Source of the DNA: Bispira polyomma
Lineage: Eukaryota
Assembly (NCBI GenBank): GCA_965649765.1
Contig: OZ287761.1
Span: 14,508,001 to 14,572,000 of the forward strand
Length of the DNA stretch: 64,000 nucleotides
Direction: 5' to 3'
How positions within the stretch are numbered: position 1 is the first letter of the stretch; the number at the start of each line of letters is the position of its first letter. Both the position numbers and the translations under genes were made by a program. The notes beneath the pieces are model-generated. The model saw nothing but the letters and a program-made list of their open reading frames with translations, did no database searches and had not been told where the DNA came from. Positions 1 to 11,800 of the stretch are shown here, in pieces.

Positions 1-680
1 CTGGGGTTTAATTCGCAAAAACCCTGAAGGCCAAGGAAGTTTTATATTAGGATCAAAGGTTACCTTAATTGGCAGTTACTTTCCGATGGTTGCTGGTTTC
101 CAGTGTCAGAATCTTGATCAAACTAGTATACACACTGGTTTCTTCCAGCACTGACAGTAGCAGTCGTGATATGACCTATACAAAGTGTTAAAAATACATT
201 GTTAAAAACCCCCCAAATCAAATCAATACCTTAGTGGGTGTTGTGTGTGCAGCACTGTGGTCTGATTTCCCCCAGAAGAAAATCTGTGAGGGTTTCGGGA
301 TCTTCTATAATATTTTATTGTAAAATGTTTGAGTTCTTCAAAGAAATACGTTTTTTTTTTAAGACCTTTCATCCATGCACAGCGCCTTGAGGAGTGTAGT
401 TAGTAACAAAGACTTTTCTTAGCCTGTTGATATGTCTGTCTGGTTCAGACCTCCTTTTATACCTGTGTTTTGTGCTAATCTCTCTCTCTGTCTCTGCTGA
501 CTTTGGCTGAAGAAGCAAAGCTTTGGGATCTTGGCCTAAATTATATACTACTCTGTGTGTATGTGATATCGAGGGGCTCCAGAATTTGAAAAATTGTCGT
601 TTTGCGTTTGTTTTAAACATTTAAAATGGTGATTTTATTGGGGTAGAAAACATAAATATTGAAAGTATTATTAATCAATA

Positions 681-2045
681 CCGTATTCGACGTAATTAGC
701 GCACAGTGCCCTTAGAAAAACAAATTACCCCCTTAAATGAGGTTTTAAGTGTTTCCTCATAACCGCCCAGGCCTACAAAAAAGCATACATGTCTCTTCAC
801 AGATTAAATGTCTGGAGACCCCATGTAGAAACATATCTGTGCCTGTGTTGAGGTGATCTTACTCAACTACATACATGTCTACAATGTCAAGTTACACCTT
901 AACTAAGACAAAAAAAAAATGTGCAAATAATGTCACTTATGGATAAAAATATTACATAATTATTCTCAAGCCAAAAAATAACTGGTTTGATTGAACACAG
1001 ATAAATTAAAAATGTGAAGTTAATAAATCTGCAGCAACTGTTATTTAGGTTAAGGCTGATTCTTGGTTTTGAAAATACATAGTATATCTTTTGCAGATGT
1101 GTTTACACTGGGAAATTTTACAATCTACCTGATAACAGAAAGCTCCACAATGAAGTATTACTATAAAAATTTGCTATAAAACTGAAAGGCATTAAAAAAA
1201 TTATTTGGTAACTTTACTATCTTATTCTCTTATTGTCAGTATAATAAGTTCTCTCAGCTTTTAAAAGTATGCCTATTTCAAACTTCTAGAGACTGCAACA
1301 AGAAAAAAAATGTGTACTTGGCAAATGAAACTTGAAGCAAAATTTTGATAATTTACTATAAATTTTTACTGGATTTTAATGGCCATTTGCTGCAGTTAAT
1401 GGCAGGACAGAAATAGTAACCTTGCTTGGGCTTGTATTTCACACCATTGATCTAAATATTATATATTTTTTTTTAAATTTAACATTATTGTTTAAATAAT
1501 ATATTAGAGATTATATTCTAATTACATTAATCATGTTAAAGTAGCTTAACTCATTGGAAGTCATTATTTTGTCACCAATGGGTGTGCAGACTGATTTTCC
1601 TACATACAATAACGTTGAGCCTTAAATATCTTTGAACAAGGCTACTTTATCAGTCAGTCACTTTCTTCCGTGTTCAAATTTATGACTAATTTCTAGCTTT
1701 GTAAACCTTAGTGCAGGAAGACTCCATCAGTTACTATCTTACTATGTGATAGTTTACTTTCACAGGCACTAAAAGTCTTGATTGCAGTTATTCACTTGTA
1801 TTGGAAAATAATCCAAGTACTCACATAGACTTGTATATAGCATTTATTGCTGTTACTTGCAAAATACTTTTATTTTAAAAATAGCAGTAGAATTATTTTT
1901 TCCTCATTCAAATTCTTATTTGTATAGGTACATGCTTATACTTAACATAAGGCTGAAGTAATATTTCAAATAGAGAATCATACCAAACATAAAATTAGGG
2001 GATGTGCGGTTAATGGGGCATGTGCGGTAATTACGTCGAATACGG
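681..2045. mobile_element. Non-autonomous Tc1/mariner-superfamily (pogo/Tc2-like) DNA transposon
   Basis: TIRs CCGTATTCGACGTAATTA / TAATTACGTCGAATACGG, flanked by TA on both sides; no transposase ORF. Confidence 0.8.
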
Positions 2046-2231
2046 TAGCAATACAAACGGATTGGCATTTTAAAATAGACATATTATTGTAATGTACTAT
2101 TAATTTTGGTCAGTAACTGTGCGCTTACTTACGTCCGCGATATATGGCACACCGAGGATAGTCCCTGAATCTGTAAGAAGCGATGGACATAGTAAAAGAG
2201 CATTGTATATAGTAAAAGATCATTGTAAATA

Positions 2232-2399
2232 CAGTAGAACCTCTAATATCCGAACCTCTGAACTTATTTCACACTGTACTCCCAAATTAATGTTTTCCTA
2301 TTGTTTCATAATAAAATGCCTCTCTTATTTTATTAATCATTCTATTATCCAAACAAAATCTTCCCCTTCTAACATGTTCAGATAATAGATGTTCTACTG
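2232..2399. mobile_element. MITE of the CAGT..AACCTCT family; other copies ~22410-22586, 24297-24473, 45405-45610, 47510-47648, 49023-49210, 50430-50602, 51890-52064, 63718-63890
   Basis: TIR CAGTAGAACCTCTA / TAGATGTTCTACTG, preceded by TA; recurrent TTATCCGAAC/GTTCGGATAA subterminal motifs. Confidence 0.75.
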
Positions 2400-5300
2400 G
2401 GTATCAAGAGAGCTCGCTCCGTATTAAATTTCGACCCGTATTTGGAAAAGACAGCCCGCTCCGTATTTTAGTAATTTACCTCGGAAGCAAACCCAAATAA
2501 ATCTGAATTTCATCCTTTTCAAAGGGACCCTTTGCATTTGAATATGAATATTTTATCACAAAGTAGTACTAGTAGTAAATACAAGCCTTTTTATCCATCA
2601 ATAGCAGAAAGTTTATCAGACACAGAGAGATCGCCACAGGTGGGGGGGGAGGAATGGTTCCATAAACCAGATGGGTGTATACTAAGGCTTTATTAACCCT
2701 TTTCTCATTTGCACTTGGTTCTCACAATCAGAACAGATTTTTGTAGTTTACTTTTGTACACACATCTCTTTTTTGGGTTTCAAGTAGTGTTGCAATCAAA
2801 TATTTTATTCATAACCTGATTGCTAAAGGATATGCCGGGGCGAAATTTGGGGGATATGAGCCATAACTATAGACTATAGGAAGTGGATCTCCGCCAAAAT
2901 TCGACCAATTTTTTCCATATGCAAAAGTTTCGTAAATTTACTAATAATATTTATACTTTTATGATTATCTGGATATGGTGAACTTTGCACAGATTTCAAG
3001 GTTTACAAGATTATACAATGATTAAAAAGTTTTTATTTTTATTGGTCAACCAAACCTTGAATTCTAAACCCTGTTTAACACTGTTCAGATAATGAAAAGA
3101 CCTACTTTGTCTTAGTCCGGAAGGTTTTCATATTTCTGTGTGATATAACACACATCTGTTTTAAAAGGTGCCTTTTTGTCTAAATTTTGTGGATATTTTT
3201 CTGTATGGATATAAATAGTTCTATAAATTAAAGTGAGGGGGGACGGGCAGATATATATAATGTATGCTGTATTTGATTGTACAAAAACAGGCCTTGTAAT
3301 AATTAGGATATTCTTACAGGTGGATGAGTGGGTACCTTGTCTTGTCAATCTCTCATAAGCTACTTCCTCAGAGACAATTCAAATTTGACACACTGGAGTA
3401 ATAATAAATGTCCAGGTTGTTATCTTAGTAGCTATTTGTTCACAGCAAGAGATTAATTCTCAGGGGACAAATACAACTTTATTTGGGCTCAGAAGGTCTC
3501 GGGTTCTACTCCTGGTTGTGAGGGTTAGTCTGGTGATGGGAAGATACACGGTTCGTCTCGTGCTAATTGGCGCTAGGTTTTTTTTTGTGGGGTACAATCA
3601 GATACAGTGTCCCTTTTTTTCAACCATTTTTGCCGTTGAATAATGAAAACCTTCAGGGGAAATTTTAGTTCGGGAGCAAGAAAACCAGCAAGAAAATGGA
3701 GTCATGAATTATGTCATATGGGAATAAAATTATTGTGAATTGTTAAAACATAAATGTCTTGAATCTATTCAAATGAATTTGATTTTCTAATTTCTTTTCC
3801 TTCAACATTGCATTTTTTTTTTTTTGCCAATCTCTCTTACTTGTAATTAAATGTTATTGTAGTAAATCTATCATACTTGTCTTTTCTGTGACATAATAAC
3901 GTGTTAAAATAATTTTCTTGTTTGTTCACTTTACAATCATATAATTTCTGGAAAAGAAAAATGGAGCAGATTTGAAATTTTTTAAAAATGCACGTCATTT
4001 ACAGGCGCAAATAATACGGTATTCGATTTACACAAATCTGTAAAGATGCTTTAAGAAATGCATACTTTTGCCTGCGAGTTTCTGCAAAAAGCTCATGTTT
4101 TGTTATTTCAAGCCGACTGTATATATACTTTTAAAAGAGTGGGAATTTACCATTTATAATCTGCTCTATTTGAATCATTTGATCGTGCGGTAGAAAATTT
4201 CACATACAAACTGCAACCTCTACTTTCCGAATTTTGTGTGGATCATTTTTAAGATTTTCTAAAATAGAGTATGGAACAATTTTTTTTTTAAAAATGTAAA
4301 TTTAAGAGAATGATTACGCAGTGTGTCTGGATAATAGCATTTGAGATAAATTCATAATAGAGGTCTCTACTATATGTGGTAAATTTTAGATATCCTTAAG
4401 GGCTTTACAGACCACTGTTGCGTCGTGGGTGTGGTCTGTAAAGCCCTTTACTTTTTCTTTTGTGGCTCTGAAACTATGTCTGCTGTGGGCAGTTGAATGA
4501 GCTGCACTTAAAGTACTAACCCAAGAAACAGGAAAAATGGCTCCAGAATGATTTGATATACAAAGCTATACGGCTCGTATTCAGATCAGTGGCTCTAATT
4601 TACAAAGACTTTTTAGAATTTTCTTAGTCTCAGCCTATCAGATTCTTTGATAAAAATATTTGCGGCCAATCAAATTACTCAAGACTAACCCGACTATGAA
4701 TCTTTGTGAATACAAGCACTTTTTTCTGGTTTGGACTAATCAAATTCTACCATGTTTTCTAATGCTCTTTAATTCTAGTTAACTGACACGTTTTTGCATG
4801 TTCGTTCTCCTGTATTCAATGAAACTCCCTTTGATTTACTAGATTTCCACTCACAAGCTGGGACCACAGTTCTCACCGCGGTCCCTCGACTGGTCTTTAT
4901 ATATGTGGTCAGTGGTGAAATTGACCACATTCAACAGTTTTTACCATGGATAATTGTGAATCTGCTGAAGTTATATAATATAATAATAATATAATATTCC
5001 TTCCCCCTTGTTTTCTAATATTCTGGTTCTAATATTCCTGATCTTGGGATCATTATTTAGCTCACTGTTTGACCATTTAAGCTTTCAGTTTACAACCTTT
5101 ATTTTTAAGAACAGTCTGGCACCTACCCATGCAAAGAAAACCATTGCCTTTTTTCGAAGAACTTCACTCAGACTTTGACCTTTTACCTTTGGATTATAAC
5201 CTTAACTTTGACCTTCAACCTTTGGATTACAACCTTAACCTTTAACACATTATAAGAGTGTGTAAGGCCATTATCTAGCCCAGCCTTTGACATTTGCATT

Positions 5301-5851
5301 ATAACCTTCAACTTGGAACAAATTATGAGGGTGTGTAAAGCCATTATCAAAACTGAAAAATTTTGATCTTTATATAAAACCTTCACCTTAAACAAATTAT
5401 AAGGGCGTGCAAGGCCTTTGTTTTTGGTAACCTTTTAACCTTTGGGTTAAAAACTTCACTTTAAATAATTGCCTGACCCCTTATGTATGAAAAGAGGAAT
5501 GTCACATTCAGAAACCCTTATGCCATATCTTTATATCTGCTCTGTAACCTTTGTTTGACCTTGGTGTTATACTCTCGACCTTTAGACATATTTCTGGCCT
5601 ATTTCTATTTCAATATTTGCAAAAACATTTTTTACCTTCATCTCCAAATAACTTAAAAAAACTGCAAAATTAGTGTCACTCTTTTGATTTGACATCAAAT
5701 GTCCCGTTTTAATTCCTAATATTGCCATTATTTTGTTAAATAACTACAGCACTGTCACTTTGGATTGCGTCAGCCTTTGATTGACGCCTAGTTAATTCCG
5801 CCCTTCCTCTTAGAATTGTAGTGTTGTTCTACTTTCTGTCTATCATAACAG

Positions 5852-8800
5852 GCTCAGGCTAGCTGGACACAACATGACTTTGGCCATTTGTCCGTCTTTA
5901 ACCGAAGAAACTTAAACCACACATTCCATTTATTTTTAATGTGTTTCATCAAGGTAAAAATCGGCTTTTCAAATTATTTCTTTCAAATGTCGCAAAAAAA
6001 TCTGATGTATTTTATTTTTCTAATATAAATTGGCTAAAACATTTAAAATATATAAATTCGGAGAGTTAGTGATGATGACAATTACTGATAATTACTAGTA
6101 ATTCATTATAACTCAATTACCTTCTTTGTTTACTTTTTACTAACTGTTTTCCTCCGTATTTCTGTGAATTTGTTGTTCAATTTTGAAGAGAAAATTTTCA
6201 ATGGAAAAACTAAATTTAGTGTAATTTCTGATAGCCATAATCTTTTTAACAATACACAATTTTATTGTATATCTACTGGTATCACAATGTTGATGGTTCT
6301 CTAAATATATGGTGAAGGGGACATTTTAATATATTACATGTAAATGTTTGTAATGTAAATAAAACACCTTATGTATCTAAAATATGCCACTGTACAAAAT
6401 AACTATTAAAATTGTTAACACTAAAAGAATTGGTCTAATCAACAGGATTGATAATTAGTGTACATTGTAAATTTCTTTTAGTTGATTAACTGATTAACTA
6501 ATAAATGATTTGCTAATTCAGCATGATCGCAGATGTGTCTGCGTGCTCTGTTACAAAAATGGTCAAGAGATTTTTTGTACAACCCAATAAAAAAAAAATT
6601 TGTACATATGTAAATGAAATAATAATCAGAAATAATTTTCTCTTTTTGATTTTAATGAAATGTAAAAGGAGATATTTATCAATTTATAACATTGCTTAAA
6701 TTCCACTATTTATTTTAAAATGTTTGTCAGAAGAAATTTGTTTATCTGAACGTCTTCTGAGCCATAGAATTGGGTCGGATAAATGGGAAGTTCGAATAGA
6801 TAAGTATAAGAAATATTTCAGAATTTGGCCACAGATTGTGTAAAGGGGCGAAAGATGAGGATATTTTGCCATTTTAACTGTAATGTTTACTATAACATGG
6901 ACAGAACATCTAGTATAGAGTTATTGTTATTCATAAAATAGTTTCAATGTGAATTGAAAGTTAAATATTAAATACTTTGAAGTTTATTGTCGAGATTTTA
7001 CGATTATGAAGTTTAACCCAGTGACAGAATAAAATATGGGGAAATCCTTAATTATCGCCCACGGAGCAGATTTTTAAAATAAAAAAAAAAATCTTTTAAA
7101 ATTGGGGGGGCACATCAGTTTGGTTAGATTAACCCGGATTTTTGGATGAACAGAGGTCGGATAAACAGACTCCTTCTTCTGCATTTAATGCAGTGACTTC
7201 TATGTGGGTTGTCATGTTTGTAGGGAGCCTCCTGCGACTGGTGGAATCACATGCACTACCAACACCATGCTAAACCCAATGTCGTAAGTATATGGACTAC
7301 TCAAACCACTGTCAAAGTTTGGTTCAGATAATAGAATGCATATGTATACTACTCTAACTAGAACCAGTCAAATGGGTCTTTATTTTTAATTGTGATATTA
7401 TCGTCATAAATAACTGATGATATTGTGATGTTACAGAATATAGTAATTGTTTTTAAACCCACCACCAGGTAGGTTGGATCTAGAGCTTTCTCCATAGCAT
7501 CCCATTTGTCTCGCACGGTCTCGCAGGTGAGCTCAGATCACTAGAAACACTTTAGGAAAAAAATGTAAAACCATATATCTTTTCAAGCTCACTTATCCCG
7601 CTTAATTCCCTCCATTTACAATTTTACACCCCCACATGATTCCTTTATGACCTGGCTATGTTTATGCACTATAGGATTGGTCAACTGATTCTGATGTTAC
7701 ATTTTAGAAGATGCATCATATCAATAAAGTGCATTAACAATGCACAATAATAATATTAATAATACTAGTTCAGATAATAGAGGTTCCTCTTGTGTATTTC
7801 AAATACTAAAGAAAGATGCTCTATTGTGGTGTGATTTTAGCTGGACATGGACCCAGATGTGAGGCTGGAAGCTCTGTTTGTGCTGGGAGACACAATGGCT
7901 AAGAAGGTGAGAAAGAACAAGAGGGACTCTTAATTAAAACATTCACCACCTATCTGACATATCGCCACCTGTAAAAATTGTGTTTAATAATAATAATTCA
8001 TAGGATATAGAACGTTATCAACATCACTGTTATCTAATGGGCTTTGACATTATTACCCCAGCCTGGGTTATTCCACTTGCCAACCTATTGTTCAGTCTCA
8101 GCTCCCTTAAGAAGCATACACTAGCCGTGCTGCTACATACGGCGCACGAAGACTAACGCCCATTAGCGGCCAGGTACCTGGGTGGAGAGTAACAACTTTG
8201 TGTAAAGTACATTGTCCAAGGGTACAATCACCAGGCCTGCAGTGAGAGTCGAACCGGGGCTTTCAGATCACTCAGATTTAGAGTCTGACACTCTAACCGC
8301 TAGGCCACAGAGACCAGAACGATCCTTTTCTTCCTGTTGGACTATTCTTTTTGTATACTGTTTGTATTCGCTATAGAGTAAAACATTAACATCAGAAATC
8401 TAAAGTGTATGCAAAGTTTAAAGTGACCTTTTTTCACATTATATCCATTTTCACTATAACCAACTTGTTAGTCAAAATAGCCAAAATTATTAAAAGTGAA
8501 GGGTTTAATGCAAAGGTTAAACATCAAACTGTAACTGACAATGACCTTGCATCTCCTTATAGTTTATTTAAGGTGAAGGTTTTAAATCCAAAATTTTAAG
8601 GTTAAATTTTTACCTAGATAATGGCTTTACATACCCTTTGAATTTATTCAAGGTGAAGGTTATAATTCAAAAGTTAGAAATCAAACTTTGAGCTAGAAAA
8701 TGGCCTTGCACACTCTTATAAATGGTTCAAGGTGAAGGTTAACAATCCAAAGATTCAACCTAAAAGGTCAAAGTCAAAGCTAAAAATTTCGCTGCATAAA

Positions 8801-11800
8801 GGCAGCAGTTTTCTTGACATAGGTAGGAGCCAGGTTATTGTCAAAACTGAAGGCTGTGAACTGAAATGTTCAACGGTCAAACTCCTAAGCTAAACAACAG
8901 CATTTCATCCCACCCCTTCCCCTGATCCAAGAATAATTATCAGCTGGACAAACTGAACCAGGGGCCGGTATTCGCAAACATTCTGATTATTTGTCCTTGT
9001 ATTTATATTAACAGGCTGCTCAAAAGAAGACAATCATGCCATATAACTGGCAGCACAGATATTTCTTTCTGAGTAAGTAAAAAAATAGTCCTAAAAAGTA
9101 GAAGAAAACAAAGTATGAAACTAGCCACACTTTCCTATTGTATTATACTAAAATCTGACTACCTACCGTGGTATAGTGACCCTCACAATCACTAGCCTTT
9201 CACCAATGCGGGTTTGAATCCCATTTGTTCCTTCGTGTGGGAAAATTTGTCAGGTACTTGCCGTAGGTCGGTGGTTTACAGTGCCTCAGCAGTGTTTTCT
9301 TCGACCATTGAATCTGGCCGTAAAACCCAAATAAATTCAAATTAGAGGTCTCACTTGGGAGAGGAAAGGAGAGGTGTCTCTAAGACTAGTTTTTGCCCCT
9401 CTAAATACTGAAAATTTATTCTATTATGGTATTATCAGTTAAATATCATGCTTAATATTACCTGCTTCACAAATACTGACCTCTCACCTGAATATGGGTT
9501 CGAATCCCAATTGTTCCTTTAGGTGGGAAAGTTTGTCAGGTACTTGCGGTGGTTTACAATGCTTGCTTGGTTTTTTACAATGCTTCACTGGTTTTCTTCC
9601 ACCATTGAATCTGGCTGTCGTGAAACAACTGAAAGCTGTTGAAAGCAACGTAAAAAAACGACGTAAAGAAACGATAAACTAAATTCATGATACCCTTTTA
9701 ATAGATGTTGTTATATCTTGAGGTTCATCGTAAAACTGTTTCTTATTAGTGCTTAGAATATTTTTTTTGTAGCTTATTGAATAAAAATGAACTTCATACT
9801 TCAGTACTTCATTCTAACTAATGGTACAAATGCTTTGTCATTTTGTATACGTGTCTCACTTCTAGCTCTACCCCCGCTGCTGTTTCCAATTTACTTCCAA
9901 GTGATGCTCTTCAGACATATATTTACACGCAAACTATGGGGGGTAAGTACAATAGACTGCACTGGTTGCCTATACATCAAAGAATTAAATGTAGTATTTT
10001 GCTTCTGACATTCAAAGCCTTGAAAGACCCTGAAGCTACAAGCTCATATCTGGCAGACATGGTTTCGTACTACAGGCCAACAATATACCTGCGTTCACAA
10101 TTACATGAAAGACTTGTAGAACGCAAATCACATTCCAAGTATGGGCGACAGAGCCTTTAGCATTGTAGCCCCAAAATTATGGAATCGAATGCCTGTTTCT
10201 CTCAAAGCCTGCAAAATTGTCAGTATTTTATAATCAGAAGTAAAAACATATTTGTTTAAAGAGTACTTTGCTGAAAAATTTTGTTCAGTTTATTGTGAAG
10301 CACCTTGAGCAGTATTGGCTAGTAAGGCGCTATATAAAAACCTTATGTGATGTAAGTATTAACTTCACAGTAAAACCTCTATTATCCGAACTTGTGTTAT
10401 CTAAATATTTCAATTTTATGAAGCTCATTCCCTTTGTCCTTTGCTATTATTAACTCAAAGTTCAGCCTACTCTCGGCCACTGTCTAATTTTTTAACAGTT
10501 TCAGACAAATCATTTAAAAGGAATCAAACATTTTTTTTTTTTTTTGTGAAGCCCAAAATGCCCAAAAGTTAGTCCGAAACAGTCTGCAACTTTATCCAAA
10601 TATGTTATATTAAAATAAGGTAACAAGTGTGCAAGTGTGTGTGTACGCTGTGTGTGTACGCTGTGTGTGTGTATCAGAAAGCGGGGGCGTTTAGTTAGCT
10701 TCAATCTGTACTACACTTGTGTGTAAACAGACCAAAAATGTACACACAAAATACATGACACGCTCGTTCATAGCGTTTAGAACACAAACCACCAAATAAT
10801 ACCACCGGTAAATTATCATATGCATGAGAAAAGACTGATGAAGTCACCAAACAATGTTATTTTTCTTTTGAATTAAAAATGAAACACTTGAAGAATGAAA
10901 TGTTCACGTTACACGTTTACTAAAATGACCACTAGTAAACTTGTGAATTAATAGGAAGCCAAATTTCAGGGGAAAAAAAAATAAAATAAAAAAAAGATTT
11001 CAGTGAATATGCGTATTTACTGAATTTTTTAGGGATTACAAGTATATTGCATATTTCGCAAATTTACTGTAACATATAAATATATCTGTGTATTTCAGGA
11101 GTTGTGTGTGACGCTGTTGATGTACGCTAAGGTCATGTTCCTCTACATTCCCCTGTTAGGATTCTGGGGATTTCTTGCCTGGCAGTTTGTATTCAGGTCA
11201 GGATTTCAATTAGAATACTTATACATTAGTGGATAAATCATTTAGGTTGGTGAAGATCGATATCAAACGTAAAAGTACTCCAATATCGGCTGATATCGGG
11301 ACATAGCAAGAAAATTTGAAGAAACTCGAACATGTCTCTAAAAGTTAAAGACCTGCCCGAATGAAACCGGTAGTGATATGTGTACAAATGAAAATGACTT
11401 TAAATGGTTATCATTCATTATTTAAAAGGTATTAACCCTAAAATATCATTAAAATTCTTGTATAAATGTTGTCACAAGGTGTAATGTATGTTATTTCTTA
11501 TGTCAATATGTTTGTATTACACAACAATATTGGCACGCAAAAGCCCAAACAATATATATATTGGTTGATATCGATAAACAATTTACCCACTACTATGCAT
11601 GTATTACAGTTATTGGTTAGAGAGAGGTTAAAAAAAAACCACCCAAAACTAAAGCCGGAAATATTTTTCGTTTTATATTCCAGTCTTTCGGTGAAGCGTA
11701 TACCAGGCGTATAATATAGGCTATAACTTTAACAGGAGAGAACAACCAAAAAAAATCTATGCATATTATTGCGCAAAGTTTTGCAATTTTACCTTAGATA

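Larger units (their letters stand above)
5046..8905. repeat. Diverged inverted repeat pair (~5046-5460 and ~8540-8905)
   Basis: CTGGCACCTACCCATG..GACTTTGACCTTTTA..AACCTTCACCTT versus AAGGTGAAGGTT..TAAAAGGTCAAAGTC..CATAGGTAGGAGCCAG; both contain internal short tandem units. Confidence 0.7.

Noticed and set aside
4794-4994. Possible upstream desaturase exon
   Set aside because: No frame resembles the cytochrome b5 (HPGG) region or the exon preceding His box 1, and there is no convincing donor.
5183-5395. ORF with KVKV repeats (also 8405-8599)
   Set aside because: Translation of a non-coding interspersed repeat, with no splice or homology support.
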